From Microthyrium microscopicum (taxonomy: Eukaryota), in NCBI GenBank assembly GCA_010405405.1, contig MU004244.1, positions 375,895-439,894 on the forward strand: a stretch of DNA of 64,000 nucleotides, read 5' to 3'. Positions 51,299 through 64,000 of this stretch are shown here, piece by piece. Both the position numbers and the translations under genes were made by a program. The notes beneath the pieces were generated by a model that made no database searches, had not been told where the DNA came from, and saw only the letters and a program-made list of their open reading frames with translations. How positions within the stretch are numbered: the stretch's first letter is position 1; each line of letters begins with the position of its first letter.

Positions 51299-53504
51299 GA
51301 AGTCGTGCTCAATAAAGAAAGAATCCTTCAGGCACTATACGTCCAAATCATCCACCACAGCTCGCTGCCAATCAACATCGCCAGGCTGGGCAGTTCATTA
51401 GTCCAAACCACCAAGAATGACCCGGCGCATGCGCTCAACTGTCAATCAGCTCTCTCACTATTCAAGCTCCTTCCAAAGGCTTCCTCGTTTGAAGGAAACC
51501 CTGATTCAAAAATATTCCGGGATTGAGCAGAGGCTGTATTGACTTTGAATGTTCGCGTCGCCATGATGAAGCTGGTGAAGATGAAAGTCAAAATCGACAA
51601 GGAAGGCATCCGCAGATGTCATCTCTCTCTCATCGCAAGGATGGTTACCATAATCGGCAGTGACCCTGAAACCGGTCCGGGCCCTTCTTTTCTCTCTCCC
51701 TCTCATGCGAAACTGGTCATCGTTTCTGAGCTTGCGATTGCAGCCACACGAATCACAACGTCCACAAAACGGCAGCACGATACTCGACTTCTTTTTTGGC
51801 TATCCGCCGCCTTCTTAACGAGTACTCCTTCCATCGGATTCGTCCTTTGGCCTTGGACTTTTCCCTCATCAACTTCTTCTTTTGTCTAAGCATCGGAGTC
51901 TGGGTTCTTATAATATTATAGCCTGAGATGGAATTAGTTCGGAGCATACTGAGCATTGGTTTGAGTTGTTTTGTTTGGACGCATTTTCTGATCGAAGTCT
52001 CCGGTTTATCATTTGGTTATTGCTCTTAAGTTACTGTATAATATTTGCTTGTGGATCATCACCAGTACCACCACGGCGTTCAGCCAGGTACAATACATTA
52101 TTCTATACAACTTCTTTAACCCATAAATGTCAACTTATACGTTGCTTAACATTGACAAAGTGATGTCTTTGTGTTTGTCCCAGCTAGTGGTAGAGTATCG
52201 TTGTCTTTCCCATTTACTAAAGTCTTTGTCTCTGACTTGTCAAGGAAGTACTAGAAACACTTTGTGCTTAGTGGCTTATAGCATCTTGTATAAACCTATC
52301 GTGTCATCGGAAATCCCTTGCTAAATCTGATTGTCATTTTTAAAGAATCTAAAAATTGTTAATGTATGAGTATGATAGTATTGAAGGTTTATGGAGAAGA
52401 GGGGCGCAAAAAGGCGTCGAGATCGACAGGGTTTATTGCTCTAGAGGACTGTAAGAGGCTAGCGCCCGCACCTTATCTCGACGTCAAACACCTCAGTGGG
52501 ACCTCAGAATTCATACTTCTTCGTGCCCAGTACTTCTCGCGAGAAATGTTCATGAGTCTGGATCTACCAGCTTAGCTTCCTAAGAAGAAAAGGCATTTCA
52601 ATGTATGTTGGTTAGCTATGAATTGTTCCTTTCGCAAGCCTACTTTCTTAAGTTCGACGAACATGATAGCGCTCAATCGGATCCGACTCAAGGGCGATAA
52701 ATATTGAGAAGTTACGTATTTTGAAAATGTACCATGGTCCTCGATATGACATAAATGTCCGATCTTCCAAGGAAAATGTTAAAAATTTCTGTACACTGCG
52801 CTGTAATAGCTTTTCTGGTTTCTGTCAATTGAATACTAAGGTATTGCATATTCCATGATAACATGTTCTTTTCATGTCGAACTTCACGCTTGAAACAGCA
52901 TATTTAGGACATCGGTTTTACCCCGTATGTAGTACAGAAGCTTCAATAATCATCATGCGGTTACTTGGCTACCCCAAACTTCTTTTGTTTACTGTCTGTG
53001 CTGCGATTGCAAATCATCAATACCTGTTAGTACCCTGGTCTTCAGCAACGTTGTAATATAATGTCCGAATCCTTCCAATTTGAAACCCTGCGATTCGCAC
53101 ATGTATGTACTTTAGTTTTACCACCTTTCAGGTTGAATTCGAATCAATGGACAAGTATCTAGGTTCGTTGCGCTTCCTGCCGCGCAAAAGATACCAATGA
53201 TTCCCCACTGCCCAGTAGATGCTTTGGTGGGAGACTGGGGGCCAAAGTGTTTTTAGAACACCCTTTACGAGTTATCAAGGCCTCTTTTCAGAGCGGCACA
53301 GCGGAAAGGTAATCGAGCCAGTCATAAATCAGCTGCTTCAACCACCTTTACCCCATTGTGACTAACATCTTATGCTCGAAACGATTTGTAAAGAGCCCGT
53401 TCTCAGCTCAGAGGAATTACTACGGCCCAAATGCGAAATTGGAGATCATTGTTCATACCAAGGATCACTTAGTACGTGTGCAGACACGGAAAATACACCC
53501 GAGA

Positions 53505-55767
53505 ATGAAGGTTACCAGTTATCTTTGCGCTATCGGTGGCTGTAAAACTGTGTCAGGAGAGATCCTTGGTCAGTCCTCCTCACAATATGTCCTCGTGAGT
53601 ACCACAGGAAAAGAAATCTGATTGCTCCAAGTTGCTTCACATACTCTGAACTCTACCAGCATTACGAATGCCAGAGCTGCCTATCCACTTTCAACACATG
53701 ATCAGACAATAAATTCTACCTCTTCAGCGCCCGTTTATACTCAACCGCCCGCGAACTGCTCGTTTTCTGACTATGAGACTATCTCGGACCCAGGAATCAG
53801 GCCAGATGCTTTTTATGAGACTTACAAGTGGAAGCCTGAACAAACTGCAACTGTGGTGACCGAAGAAATTGCCACTGTGCTGTATGAATTGATAAGAACT
53901 ATGGCCCCAGGAGAGATTTACGAAGGAAGCGACGGAATAAAGAGATATCGCCCTACAGCATCGCCTACAGAAACAATATCCGAGACTGTGACTGTCTTCA
54001 AGACTCTCCACAACCACTACCGTGATAAGATATATAATGCTCAGGCACCTGTTCATCTTGTCATTCAGAAGAACTGTCGAGAGGAGCTTACAAGCTCATT
54101 GACAATGAATGACGAGTTAAACCCTCGAGGATGCAAGTCGGAACACTGCGAGTATGGAAGTCCAACTGCTCAAATGTTGGGCTCCTACGAGCGACCTCAG
54201 CTCGACTTTTATCCCTACAAGCATTGCGATATGCTTCCAATAGGTGAAGCCATTCTTTTCCATTGGCCGCCAACCAAAACATCATCTTCACCCGATACTT
54301 CACCAGTCATAATTGTCTCAAGCTCGATAATTTTTGACGGACAGGATATGTACCCTCGCGTTATGATAAAAAATGGTACTTCATCAGAGCTCCAGCGCGG
54401 TTATATCGCGGCATCCACACTACTAGGGCCTTTTACATTTACCTCACCGACGGTATACTTGGCTCACCGCGAAATAATGGCTCGGATTACCTCAATTAGT
54501 TCAAATCCCCCAGAATCTTCCCGGCAAAATTTCAACGAGGTTGTAGCAACTGATGTGCAACTACATCCAGCTGGATTGCGAGCCGTTGAACATCAGAACA
54601 TCTATTCCGTGCGACATTTTCCGCGAAATAATGCCACAGGGGCTGAATTCGTAAGCCTGGTAGCAAGTGGGAAATACGATCCAGGCTGGAACGATCAAAG
54701 TCATTATATGCAGCTACGTCCTATGAATTTCTCAGATCTTGCAAACCCGGTACCTGCATCCGTTTACTACGAAGCTAGATCGGAAGATTGCTATGGCCGC
54801 CAGACGCATTGCGCAATCATCACGGTATGACAAGTCTCTTGTTCATTCACTCTCTTAGCATTTCTAATATAAAACGCAGGATGATACGTACAGGCCAAAA
54901 CTTTTCATCAAGGACAAGTTCTGGTCACGCCTGTTCCCTCCAGGATTTGAATGTAATCTGCCATTGATCAACGATCCTCCAAGGACCATCAAGGGCCTGG
55001 TGGTTGAAGACGAATCTGACCTCGCACCGCCTACAGTTCCTTATCAAAACAACGCTCCGCGAATAACGCCTCCAGCATCGATAAATCTGCCTCACGTGTC
55101 AGCCCGGCCTCGCCCCACGAGAAGGCCACAACACGGGACATTGACAGCACCGCTTAGAGGATCAGCGACTAAAATGACTAATCCACCTTCTGGACAGAAT
55201 CGAGAGTCGAGGGGCAATAGAGGGAGTGGTGACGGGAAGAGCAACGAGAAAGGCGAGAATAAAAGTAATGGTCGTACAGGACGAGGTGGTCCAGGCAGAA
55301 GCGGGGGAGAGAGCGACAAGGAGCCAGGTGACAGCACTGATTCCGATCTTCCGCAAGACGGAACGAGTCAGGGAGAGAGGACGAAGGGTGGCAGAAACAA
55401 AAGTGACAAGAGAAAGGGAGAGAGAACACACGATGGAGAGACACAGCCAAGACAGCACGACGAGTCGGAAGAATTTGACGATGGGAGACCTAGCAAACCT
55501 GCACGAGGATCCAGCACACATTCAGGCCAGTCTTGGCCAGGAGAAGGCGAACAATCAGATGGTGCAAGTGTGCGTCCCGGATCTGGTAACGCCGCAAATT
55601 CTGTGGAAGATGATGGAGATCATCGCAAAAGCTCTTTGAATCATGGCTCTAGTCCACGAAAGAAGAATGATGGCTCGTCTTTAAAGATGAATCTCATAGG
55701 AACTCTGGAGCAACTTGTCTGGACATACTTCTTATATCGTTGCATCGTAGCAGGGATACTCGGATGA
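53505..55767 (+). CDS. Secreted/cell-surface protein of unknown function, possibly GPI-anchored
   Basis: Exons 53505-53568, 53632-54824 and 54880-55767 join in frame. Cys-containing domain (FTSPTVYL...DLANPVPASVY...CAIITDDTYRP...DPP), G/S/charged low-complexity region, hydrophobic C-terminus. Confidence 0.72.
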
Positions 55768-56385
55768 GACATTGAAACGAGAGCTGAATATCGAGCTTCA
55801 CAACAGATGCAGCACATGTAATCCCAGATGAGGCTGGGTGGGAGGTTCGCCCTCTATTACTGCCAGAAAAAGATCATGCAGCATATCTCGAGAAACCATC
55901 TCGCATCCAGGTTAAGCCGAACAACCAGAATACCGATGCTCATTAAATGGCATAAACAGGAAAAGCAAGGAAGTGAAGCCACAACGAGATGCATAACCTG
56001 TAATCACAGGATCAACAAAGAGGTTGTGTATTGAATTTTATTTCATAAGAAGAACAGACACATAATGCAAATAAGCAACCTAAACACAGTTTTTGTCGTA
56101 ATCGCACGGAAGAACAACGCAGCCTAACTTACACAAAAGGCATGCCATAGCCATAGCAGTGAGAGAGCTCAGCTATTTGGAAAAATGTGGAAGATCCGAG
56201 AGCAATGGAAATCTGCTGATATCAGCTTTGATGACTGGAGAATCCAGAAGGGAGGTGATCTTAGAGAGCGATCGGTATGTAGTGAATCCAGGGGAACTGT
56301 AGCACAGAGTTCAGTGGTAACTTGGTTGTTCTCATCGAATCTGTAACATCAGCAACGAAGCTTTGTACCAAGGAGTGACGGATTC

Positions 56386-58306
56386 TTAGGCGCGAGTACG
56401 ACCGAACAAGCTGCTGTAGACGGCGTCAACAACAGGTTGGGCTGAGATGGTGCGGCCGCCAAAGAAGCGACCGTTGAGACCACGGATTGCGTTTTCGCCA
56501 CCATCGATGCGGTCGAATTTGACGTAGATGTCGCCTTGAGTGTTGGGATCTAGAGCAATGTGAACCACATGGCCATATTTCTCCTCACACTCAGCTTTGA
56601 CATCTTCTTCGAGTTCCTTGATCCAGGCGTCACCTTCTTCCCTAAAAATTTATGTTAGCAAGTGAGAATGAAGGAGGAGTTTGGAAAGACATACTCTGTG
56701 GCGTCAAACATGTTGCGAAGAACAACACATCGACTAGCTTGTGGAGCGTTGATAGCCACTGGTTTGGTTGGCTTGATCACACGGCTTTGAGAGTTGTTGG
56801 TTTCTGCGGGTTCATCAGTTCGGGCGAGTTTTCGCATCAAGGCGTCGCGACTATAGTTGTTGAAGTTAACTCCGGCAACATCGGTATCGTCGAGGGCACT
56901 GGCGCCACTTTGGCCCTTGTCTTCGCGGGCTCCACCTGCGCGGTCAAAGTTATTAGAGCCACCAGCATGGGTACCGCGGCCACCAGAGCCGGAGAAGGCA
57001 GAACCTTGATAGTGGCCGGGTGGACCGCCTGGTCCTCCAGCGGGGAATCGTTGAAGGAGGTTCTGTGTTGATTCGTTGGTGAATTTGTCGTTACCAAGGC
57101 CGACTCGAATGGGACGTCCTGCAAGGTCAAAACCGTTCATTTTTTCTAGAGCTTCTTTAGCGGCAGTGGGGTCACGAAATCTATGCAAATTAGTATAGTG
57201 AATACGAAAGCATATGAAGAGACATACTGAACAAATCCATATCCACGTGATCGTCCGCCATCTTCCTTTTGGAGCTGAACGAATTCAAGCTCGCCGAAAG
57301 GTTCAAAAACATTCTGTAGGTCGCTCTCAGTGATGGAGAAGTGTATGTTACCCACATAAAGTCGATGAAATGGAATTCCGCTGTTAGCGGAGCTCGTCTC
57401 GGTGGTGCGTGCTTGACGATTCTTTTCAGCTTCGGTAAGCTGAGCAATGATGGGGATGCCTAGTAGTTTCTGACCAGTAAGCTGGATGGCAAGGGATACA
57501 GACTCTTCGTTTCGAAACTCGACATAACCCACACTATAGAAGTTAGTATATAAGCATAAAATGGAAGTCGAGAGTGCTCACCCTTTAGATCTACCACTGA
57601 CTCTATCCTTTACGATCTGAGCCTCCTTGACGGGTCCGACTTTTTCGAAGAAGCCAATCAGCTCTTTGGTTCGAAGGCGGGCAGCGAGTTGCTGCACAAA
57701 CACTGTTCGACGATCACGCTCATCTTCGTTTAGCTGGGGACTCTTGCTACGAGACTTGCCACGGCTATTGCTTCGACGGCGTGCATCGCGACCGCCACCA
57801 CGACCTCCACGGCCCCGATCCCGTTCCCGATGACGAGTGCGGTCCTCATCTCGTTCACGACCGCCGACCGGTCGGTAATATCTATCAACATCTGGAGATC
57901 GGGAGCGGTTGCGTCCACCACCACCGCCGCTGCCACGGTAGAAGTCGCCGCCCGAGCCGCGACGTTCTTCACCTTCGGCTGATTCACGATGGCGACGATG
58001 TTCGCGGCTCCGGCTGCGACGGCGGCTGGTGGTGCTCCCTTTGGCACTGCCTCGCGGGCTTTTGGCTTCGTCTTCTGGTCCGTCAGCTATGCCATCTTTG
58101 GTGTCACGGCGGCTACGTTCTTTGCTGCGCTCACGGCGCTTGCGATCACGATCTCGATCACGGCTGCCATCTCGTGCGCGGTCTCGGTCACGGCGTTCGT
58201 TGCGGTCGGATTTGTGGCGGTCGTCTCGTTCAGTGGATTCGCGGGCTTCTTTTTTTACTTCGGCGGCAGCAGACTCTAGTAGAGCCTCGACGTCTAGACC
58301 TGACAT
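56386..58306 (-). CDS. pad-1: RBM39/CAPER-family splicing factor (Pad-1/Rsd1)
   Basis: RS/RD-rich N-terminus, RRM1 [15 protein letters not shown]2 [28 protein letters not shown]...LNGRFFGGR; three introns. Confidence 0.92.
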
Positions 58307-59474
58307 GATTGTTATGTGAGGAGTTTAGTGAGAAAGGAAGAGCTTAAAGTAGAGTACTTTGTCTGAGCGGATTTGATGAAGAAGACGGGTATGAGGAAAG
58401 TTTGAGAATGAGTAATGCAGATGTGGAGTTAGAAGTTCAACCACAGTTTTGCGCTCAGTCAGCTGGCGGTCTAGCCTTTCTAGCCTTAGCTTCACGTGAC
58501 CTTTTCGTGTTTGCACTTTTCAACAATTCTGAATTCATCACAATTAGTGAGGCGAGTGAACCCTTGCTATGACCAAGAGATGTCTATTAATAGAGACTGT
58601 TCATTCGTGGTGAGCTTGAAAGTGAATGTTACATTGGATCCTCAGTCAACACGCGCTCAACTGTCTTGATTCCACTCGACACGCAAGGCGCAGGAGTCAA
58701 AGTCGTTGACATTTTCAAAATCCTCACGCATTTTCCCTTTGTCAATTCGCCATCAATACTTCATTTTGGTAGAGCAAGAGTGCTGTCACACTGACCTCTC
58801 CTAAAGGCTCCTACGTTCACAAAGGGCTTGATCAGAACAGAATCATAAGACATCTCCACTGTCTGTACATTTTCACAATGCTACAGTATATCCAACTAAT
58901 AACAAATGGGTTCGTTGATTGAACTACCCTACCCAATTCCAACCTGTCATCAATCATCCCGTAAACCCAAAGAAAAGACCATCAGTCAAGGGAGACACTT
59001 CCCAAACTCTGTCACGAAATCCACCATGCGCTCTTCCCTGGTGATAAAACGTACCACTGAATCTCCGCCTCCTCAATCTTCTAATTGGTCCCCAAACGAA
59101 ACAGAAAACCAGGCCCGTAGGCACTAAAAACTCCGCAAATGCTGTAAATGCTGAAAAAAACACAACATAGGTATGAACATCTTTACAAACACTGAGGGGG
59201 TACTTGCGCATATGAAAACATAAAATACAAACACTGCCTTAGCAGATCTGCCAGTATAAAGCAAACAATGGGCCGTCTAGGCAATGTGAATGGAAATGTC
59301 AAACGGGTATGAAAACACCCGTCGCTGAATGGACGAGTGGTAAACTGCGTGTTCTATGACAACGCTCTGATCTCTAGGATGGCTGAAGTGAAGTGTTGCT
59401 GGTAGTAAAGACAAAGGGGAATATGGCGTATAATGGACTGGTGGGTATAATTTCGTAGCATAAAGGGTTGTTGT

Positions 59475-61585
59475 CTAGGCGGATTCGATGACTCCCCAGA
59501 CGCTTTTGCGGTTCTCTGGCTCTTCGACTACGCAGAGATTCGGCATCATTGCGCGGTTGGATTGGACTTGCTCGTTGAGTTCGCGCTCACCCCAGATTTC
59601 ACGAGTCAGGTCTCGGTGGAGTACTTGTCGACGGAGACCACCCGGGCGTGCAATAGGTGCGCTGGTATCAGGTTGGCTGACAGTGATTTGTACTGGCTTG
59701 ACCATGACGGCTTTTGGAACTCCTGTAGCGACTACTTGTTCTGTGCTAGCGTTGGGATTGGCTTTACGTTGGCTGCCGACGCGGGTTGGTTTGACGGCGA
59801 GTTTCTGACGGGCTCCGGCTTTGGTTACTGAGAGACTGCGGGCGATGGAGATCTTGGGCTGCTCTTCGAGCCATTCGTCTGTGTCATCGTCCGGGGTCGC
59901 GACGGGAGGTGTGGCTGCTACTGAGGCAATGTGCGTGACGGGTGCGGCGCGGGCGAGCATGTCGCCTGGAGATAGCCGTTTGCCTACTGTGATCATTTCC
60001 CATGAGTGTTCGGAGAGGTTTTGGGAAGAGGTATTCTCCCACGAGTTCTTTCGTATTGATCTCGCTAGAGATTTGGCATCGTCTGGGATAGGCTCAGAGG
60101 GAATTGACTTTGGAGTCGATGGTGATGCGGGAGATGAAGGAGTGGGTGTAAGTCCATCCCGGTCGTCAAAATCCATTTCATCGGCTTCAAAGGCGGGAGA
60201 CAGTTTCTGTTCATGAGCAATAGGGGTTGGAAGAGCTGGCGGCGCAGAGTTATTACGCTTTACAGGTCTTGGTCTATGCAGACTAGATATGTGTGGAAGA
60301 GCTGGAGAGTTGGTGTTATCCGGGAAAAGTCGATACGATGGAGAATCTCGAGGCGATGGTTCTGTCGCACGCCTAATGAGACGACCAGGGGCAAGATCGA
60401 GATCCTATTTGAAGTCAGTATCATGAAGTAATACCAGCCAGAGATATGTTTTACAGTGATAGATGTTCCCGGCACTGGTTTACTTCCACCTCCTGATGCT
60501 TGCCGTCGTGCCAATAGACTCGATGATCGGGTTGGCCTGGTTGCGACTAGTGCTGGTCTATTGGGTAGAGCCGAAACCTCCTTGAAAAGCACGCTATACC
60601 TCTCCATGTTCGATTCAGGAATGCTTATGTCTAGTTTCGGAGTTCCAGGCGGATCTTTTGGTGGAGGTTCTGGTCGCATTTCCCGATTGGAAGGACTTCT
60701 TACTCTTGGCTTACGTTTTGTTACCCGTCTGAAAAGCCCAGGCGACGATGCTGGAGTGCTCTGGTTGCTAGACATGACAGCTGTCATACCTCTCTCTGAT
60801 ACTTCAGCCGCTGAAGTAGACCTTATCGGAATTTCCGTGTTCGGTGATAGTTGTCGTAGAGATCTGGTTTCGGTCATGGGTAGAGAGCGCTTCCTACCGA
60901 ATAATCCACCTAGTGACTTCCAACGACTCAATTTTGGTTTTGCCCCATCCATCTCTTCGTTCCGTAGTTCCTTGGTGGTATGTGCTCGAGCTGGGGTCAC
61001 CAGTATTGTCTGGTCTATCTCCTCTGGGGTCATTGCATATCTGCTCTGTATTGAAGGTGCGTAGAAAGGTGAAGGTTGATATAATTTTGGCTGGTTAGGA
61101 CTGCCAATTGCCATTCCAATTCCAGAATCCTGGGAAGAAAGTTTCATACTTCCAATATGTGGTGAACTGGTCGTTGATGTTGAAGGTCGCTTGACTGGTG
61201 TTGGGAAGCGGAACACGTCCTCGTCTGCTTTAATCTCAATGGGTGATCCCATAGCCAACCGAGAATCCACCCAATCCTTATTCTTCAAAATAGACTTTGT
61301 CTCTCCCGCAGTTTTCGGCCGATCCATATTTGGTGTTGCTATTGACATATCCGCTATATGCGCAGGTGTGCTTAATTTTGTTTCCATGCTATTTGTGGTG
61401 CCAAAGGAGAAGTTGCTGAAGGGCGAAGCGACAGACGTCGTCTCTGACGACAACTGGGACTGCATTGCGCTCGAGAAGCTGGCGAACGAAAGTGGTGTCA
61501 AGGAGGGAGCATTCTCACGATGGTCGGTCGTTGGTGGGCTCGGCGCAAAGGAGAGCTTATTGGAGCGGTAGACAAGCTTGGCCAT
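59475..61585 (-). CDS. Hypothetical Ser/Pro-rich fungal protein
   Basis: Two long ORFs joined in frame by intron 60405-60454; short motifs KLSRWKSLGGLFGRK and LDISIPESNMERYSVLF. Confidence 0.75.
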
Positions 61586-63175
61586 GAACAGACTGAAGAC
61601 AAGCTGAAACCATTAAAGACTGATATGGGTACCCCGTCGACGAGAGTCCACTATAGACTAGGGACTTTGTGATAAGCCAATGACGCAGCGAGGGCTAGAG
61701 TGTAAATGCGGGATCATTCAAGATAAATTGGTGTGCTCGAAAAAGAGAGACGATGACCCAAGACGAGGGACAACGGGTGATGCAAATAGAATGGATGGGG
61801 AACCGGCCAGCAGTACAGCAGTGCAGTAACAGAGCATGTATGTAAGGAGCGTCAGGAGTTCCGTACAGGATACTCGTTGGGTGAAGAACGGAAGTAGAAT
61901 CAGGAACAATAAGCAGAAGCCAAAGCCAGCATCAACATAGCCAGGTTGAGAAGATCAGGTAAGAAGGATGGTCGTTGGCCAAACACAGGGAGAGGCCTGT
62001 AGGAGTAATGATTCTAGAAAGGAAGGAGACAAGAGCACATCTCCGACTGCCAGGTACGAACTTGTTGGGCCGGTGAAAGAAGCAGAAATTCAATCAAATT
62101 TAATATTACAGGAGCGGGTAGAGGGATCAAGGAAGAGTGAGAGGCGGACGTGGCAGTAAATGGGGTCGGAATTACCCAAGGATTCTTTCTTAGCAATGTC
62201 AAATTCTACAGGTAAATTTCCATTATTTCAATCTCCGCTACTGTTAAAACACGAGTCTTGCGGAGACCACGACAAGACATATTTGGCAGACAAATCTCCG
62301 TATGGACCACTAAGCAACGTGGAGTGTGGAGGGACAAGCTTTTGGAAATTAACACCGTCCCAACGCTAAAGACGGCCGCCAATTCAGCCCTTTCTAATCC
62401 AATCGAGCTTAGCTGACAAGTTGGATGGAGTAGCAAATTTCGCTTGGACCGACTTGACAGCCCATCAAACCTAACAAGTCCCAGATGCAGCGCCGTAGAA
62501 ACAATTCTTCAAAACCTCTAAACTTGAGCCGCCAGGTCATGCTGTAGCCGCGTTTGTTCTCAAGAAGCCAAGCATCAAGCAATGATACCTGATCTCCAAT
62601 ACCTATCCGAAATACGTCAAATACCAACAGGTACCCAGGTAATACTAGGAAAGAACCCAGGTTGAAAATCTTGATAAACAATCTTATCCCGACTCCTGAG
62701 TCGCGTACGAATGCAGTGATGCAGTGAATGAACAGCTGTCATGGACTCATGGAAATTCCCACGCTGTTTGGACCTGAAATGTGCCGCCGATCCATCTTGA
62801 AACATGCGCTAACCAATGTCAACTGTCTGCAACGGCGCCTTCAGCCTTGCAAACCAAGCGTGGAAAAGCCACAACTTTTAGGAACGTCCCCTCCACTACG
62901 GGAACGGCGCGCTGAGCACGTCCTGGACTCCTGAAGGTCTTGTCAAATGCTTCCCCATCTTTTTCATCTTTTTGGAACTGGCAAAATGACTACCATCTGG
63001 CATCTAGTATACCAAGGATACACGCTGGACGATGACGGTCCTGACGGTGCGCACGAGATTTGTGTGTCGTGTTCATTCATTCTCAAGCATCGAGGAAAAA
63101 TATTCTAGAGCTACTTCAAACGCACCAGAAGCCTGGGCATGCCTCCTGCAGACAAGTATCATGTCTATGTAGACT

Positions 63176-64000
63176 TTACATGCCATTGCCCAATTCATGT
63201 TCCTAAAAAACAAAACAAGTTAGCCACTGATCAAGCACGACACAACAGACCAGAGTACGCCAACAGTGGAATCGTTGGTTTGCGCTTATTAACATACCTT
63301 GATATACTCCGCACCCTTTTCAAGAAACTCCGCTCTCGAAACAAAATACTTTGTATTGCCAGCCTCCCCTGCCCACCGGGCGGCTCCTCGCCACGCATCT
63401 AGCGATGCATCCTGTGCACGCCGGACCCGCAGCGGAGAGCCCGCTTCCAGCACAGCCTGAAGTTCTCGGGCCAGACGCTCTTCGAATCCCTGAAAGGTGG
63501 TGTTGCCGCCGGTTAAGAAGACGTCCTTGAGGAGATCTGCGCGGCTGGCATGGTCGGCGAGCCGCTCGTTGAGAATGCCGCTAGCGATTTCGACTATGCC
63601 GGCTTGATCAACGCCTGCGATGGCTGGTTGGAAGACTACTTCTGGAACACGGATGCGCTCAACGTTCAAATGGAGTTGGTTGGCTTCGCGTTGGCTTTCG
63701 GGGTCAAAGGGCCAGGGACCGCGTAGGAAGGCGTGCATGAGGCTCTTTGTCCAGTCGGTTTCTGCATCGCGGGTGTTTTCTTCTGTAAAGTTGGGGTCAA
63801 ACTTTAGTAGTTGGGACTCCACCTCCTTGAGAGCAGCATCGAGATCTTCTTCCTCTTCGTCGTCGCTAACATCATCCTTTTGGATGGTACGATAGATGCC
63901 CCAATCATTGTCATCTGCTCCAAAGTTATCATCGTCCCCTCCACGGCGGCGTTTCTTGGTAGGTGTATCAGATGCTAGATTTGCAATGTTTTTCATTCGC
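63176..64000 (-). CDS. ARP5: Actin-related protein 5 (INO80 complex), 3' part
   Basis: DNFGADDNDWGIYR, LHLNVERIRVPEVVFQP, VFLTGGNT; intron 63203-63297 and final exon EHELGNGM*. The 5' end is outside the window. Confidence 0.92.

Noticed and set aside
57627..58319. Long antisense ORFs over the pad-1 RS domain, and similar ones over MFS, PIM1 and RDH54
   Set aside because: Expected shadows of GC-rich or low-complexity coding sequence on the opposite strand.

Overview
Filamentous ascomycete (Pezizomycotina-like) genomic DNA with short GT-AG introns and strong RIP (repeat-induced point mutation) signatures. Bases 1-13.8 kb are a repeat block. It holds a RIP-degraded ORF running off the left edge and a complete but dead 10.9-kb Ty3/Gypsy element (152-bp LTRs, ATGAG target-site duplication). 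A younger 972-bp non-coding LTR element (TRIM, GCTTC TSD) is nested in the Gypsy protease region. The TRIM has three unusual features: a tRNA 3'-half/Pol III B-box in each LTR, a Tf1-like self-priming site, and a long internal hairpin. Two decaying genes (F-box/LRR-like and GT31) flank the repeat block. From 18 to 48 kb and 56 to 64 kb lies a dense set of mostly housekeeping genes: MFS transporter, single-pass sensor-like protein, DPM3, OXLD1-like, CENP-P-like, UTP17, RPB10, DPP4, RDH54, VPS36, CoA-binding protein, PIM1, GH47, RBM39/pad-1 and ARP5. At 49.3-51.3 kb is a tandem cluster of ORFs with Y/G/Q/P-rich N-termini fused to a domain whose motif pattern resembles bacterial MazF/PemK endoribonuclease toxins. 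All homology calls come from motif recognition by eye; no searches were run.
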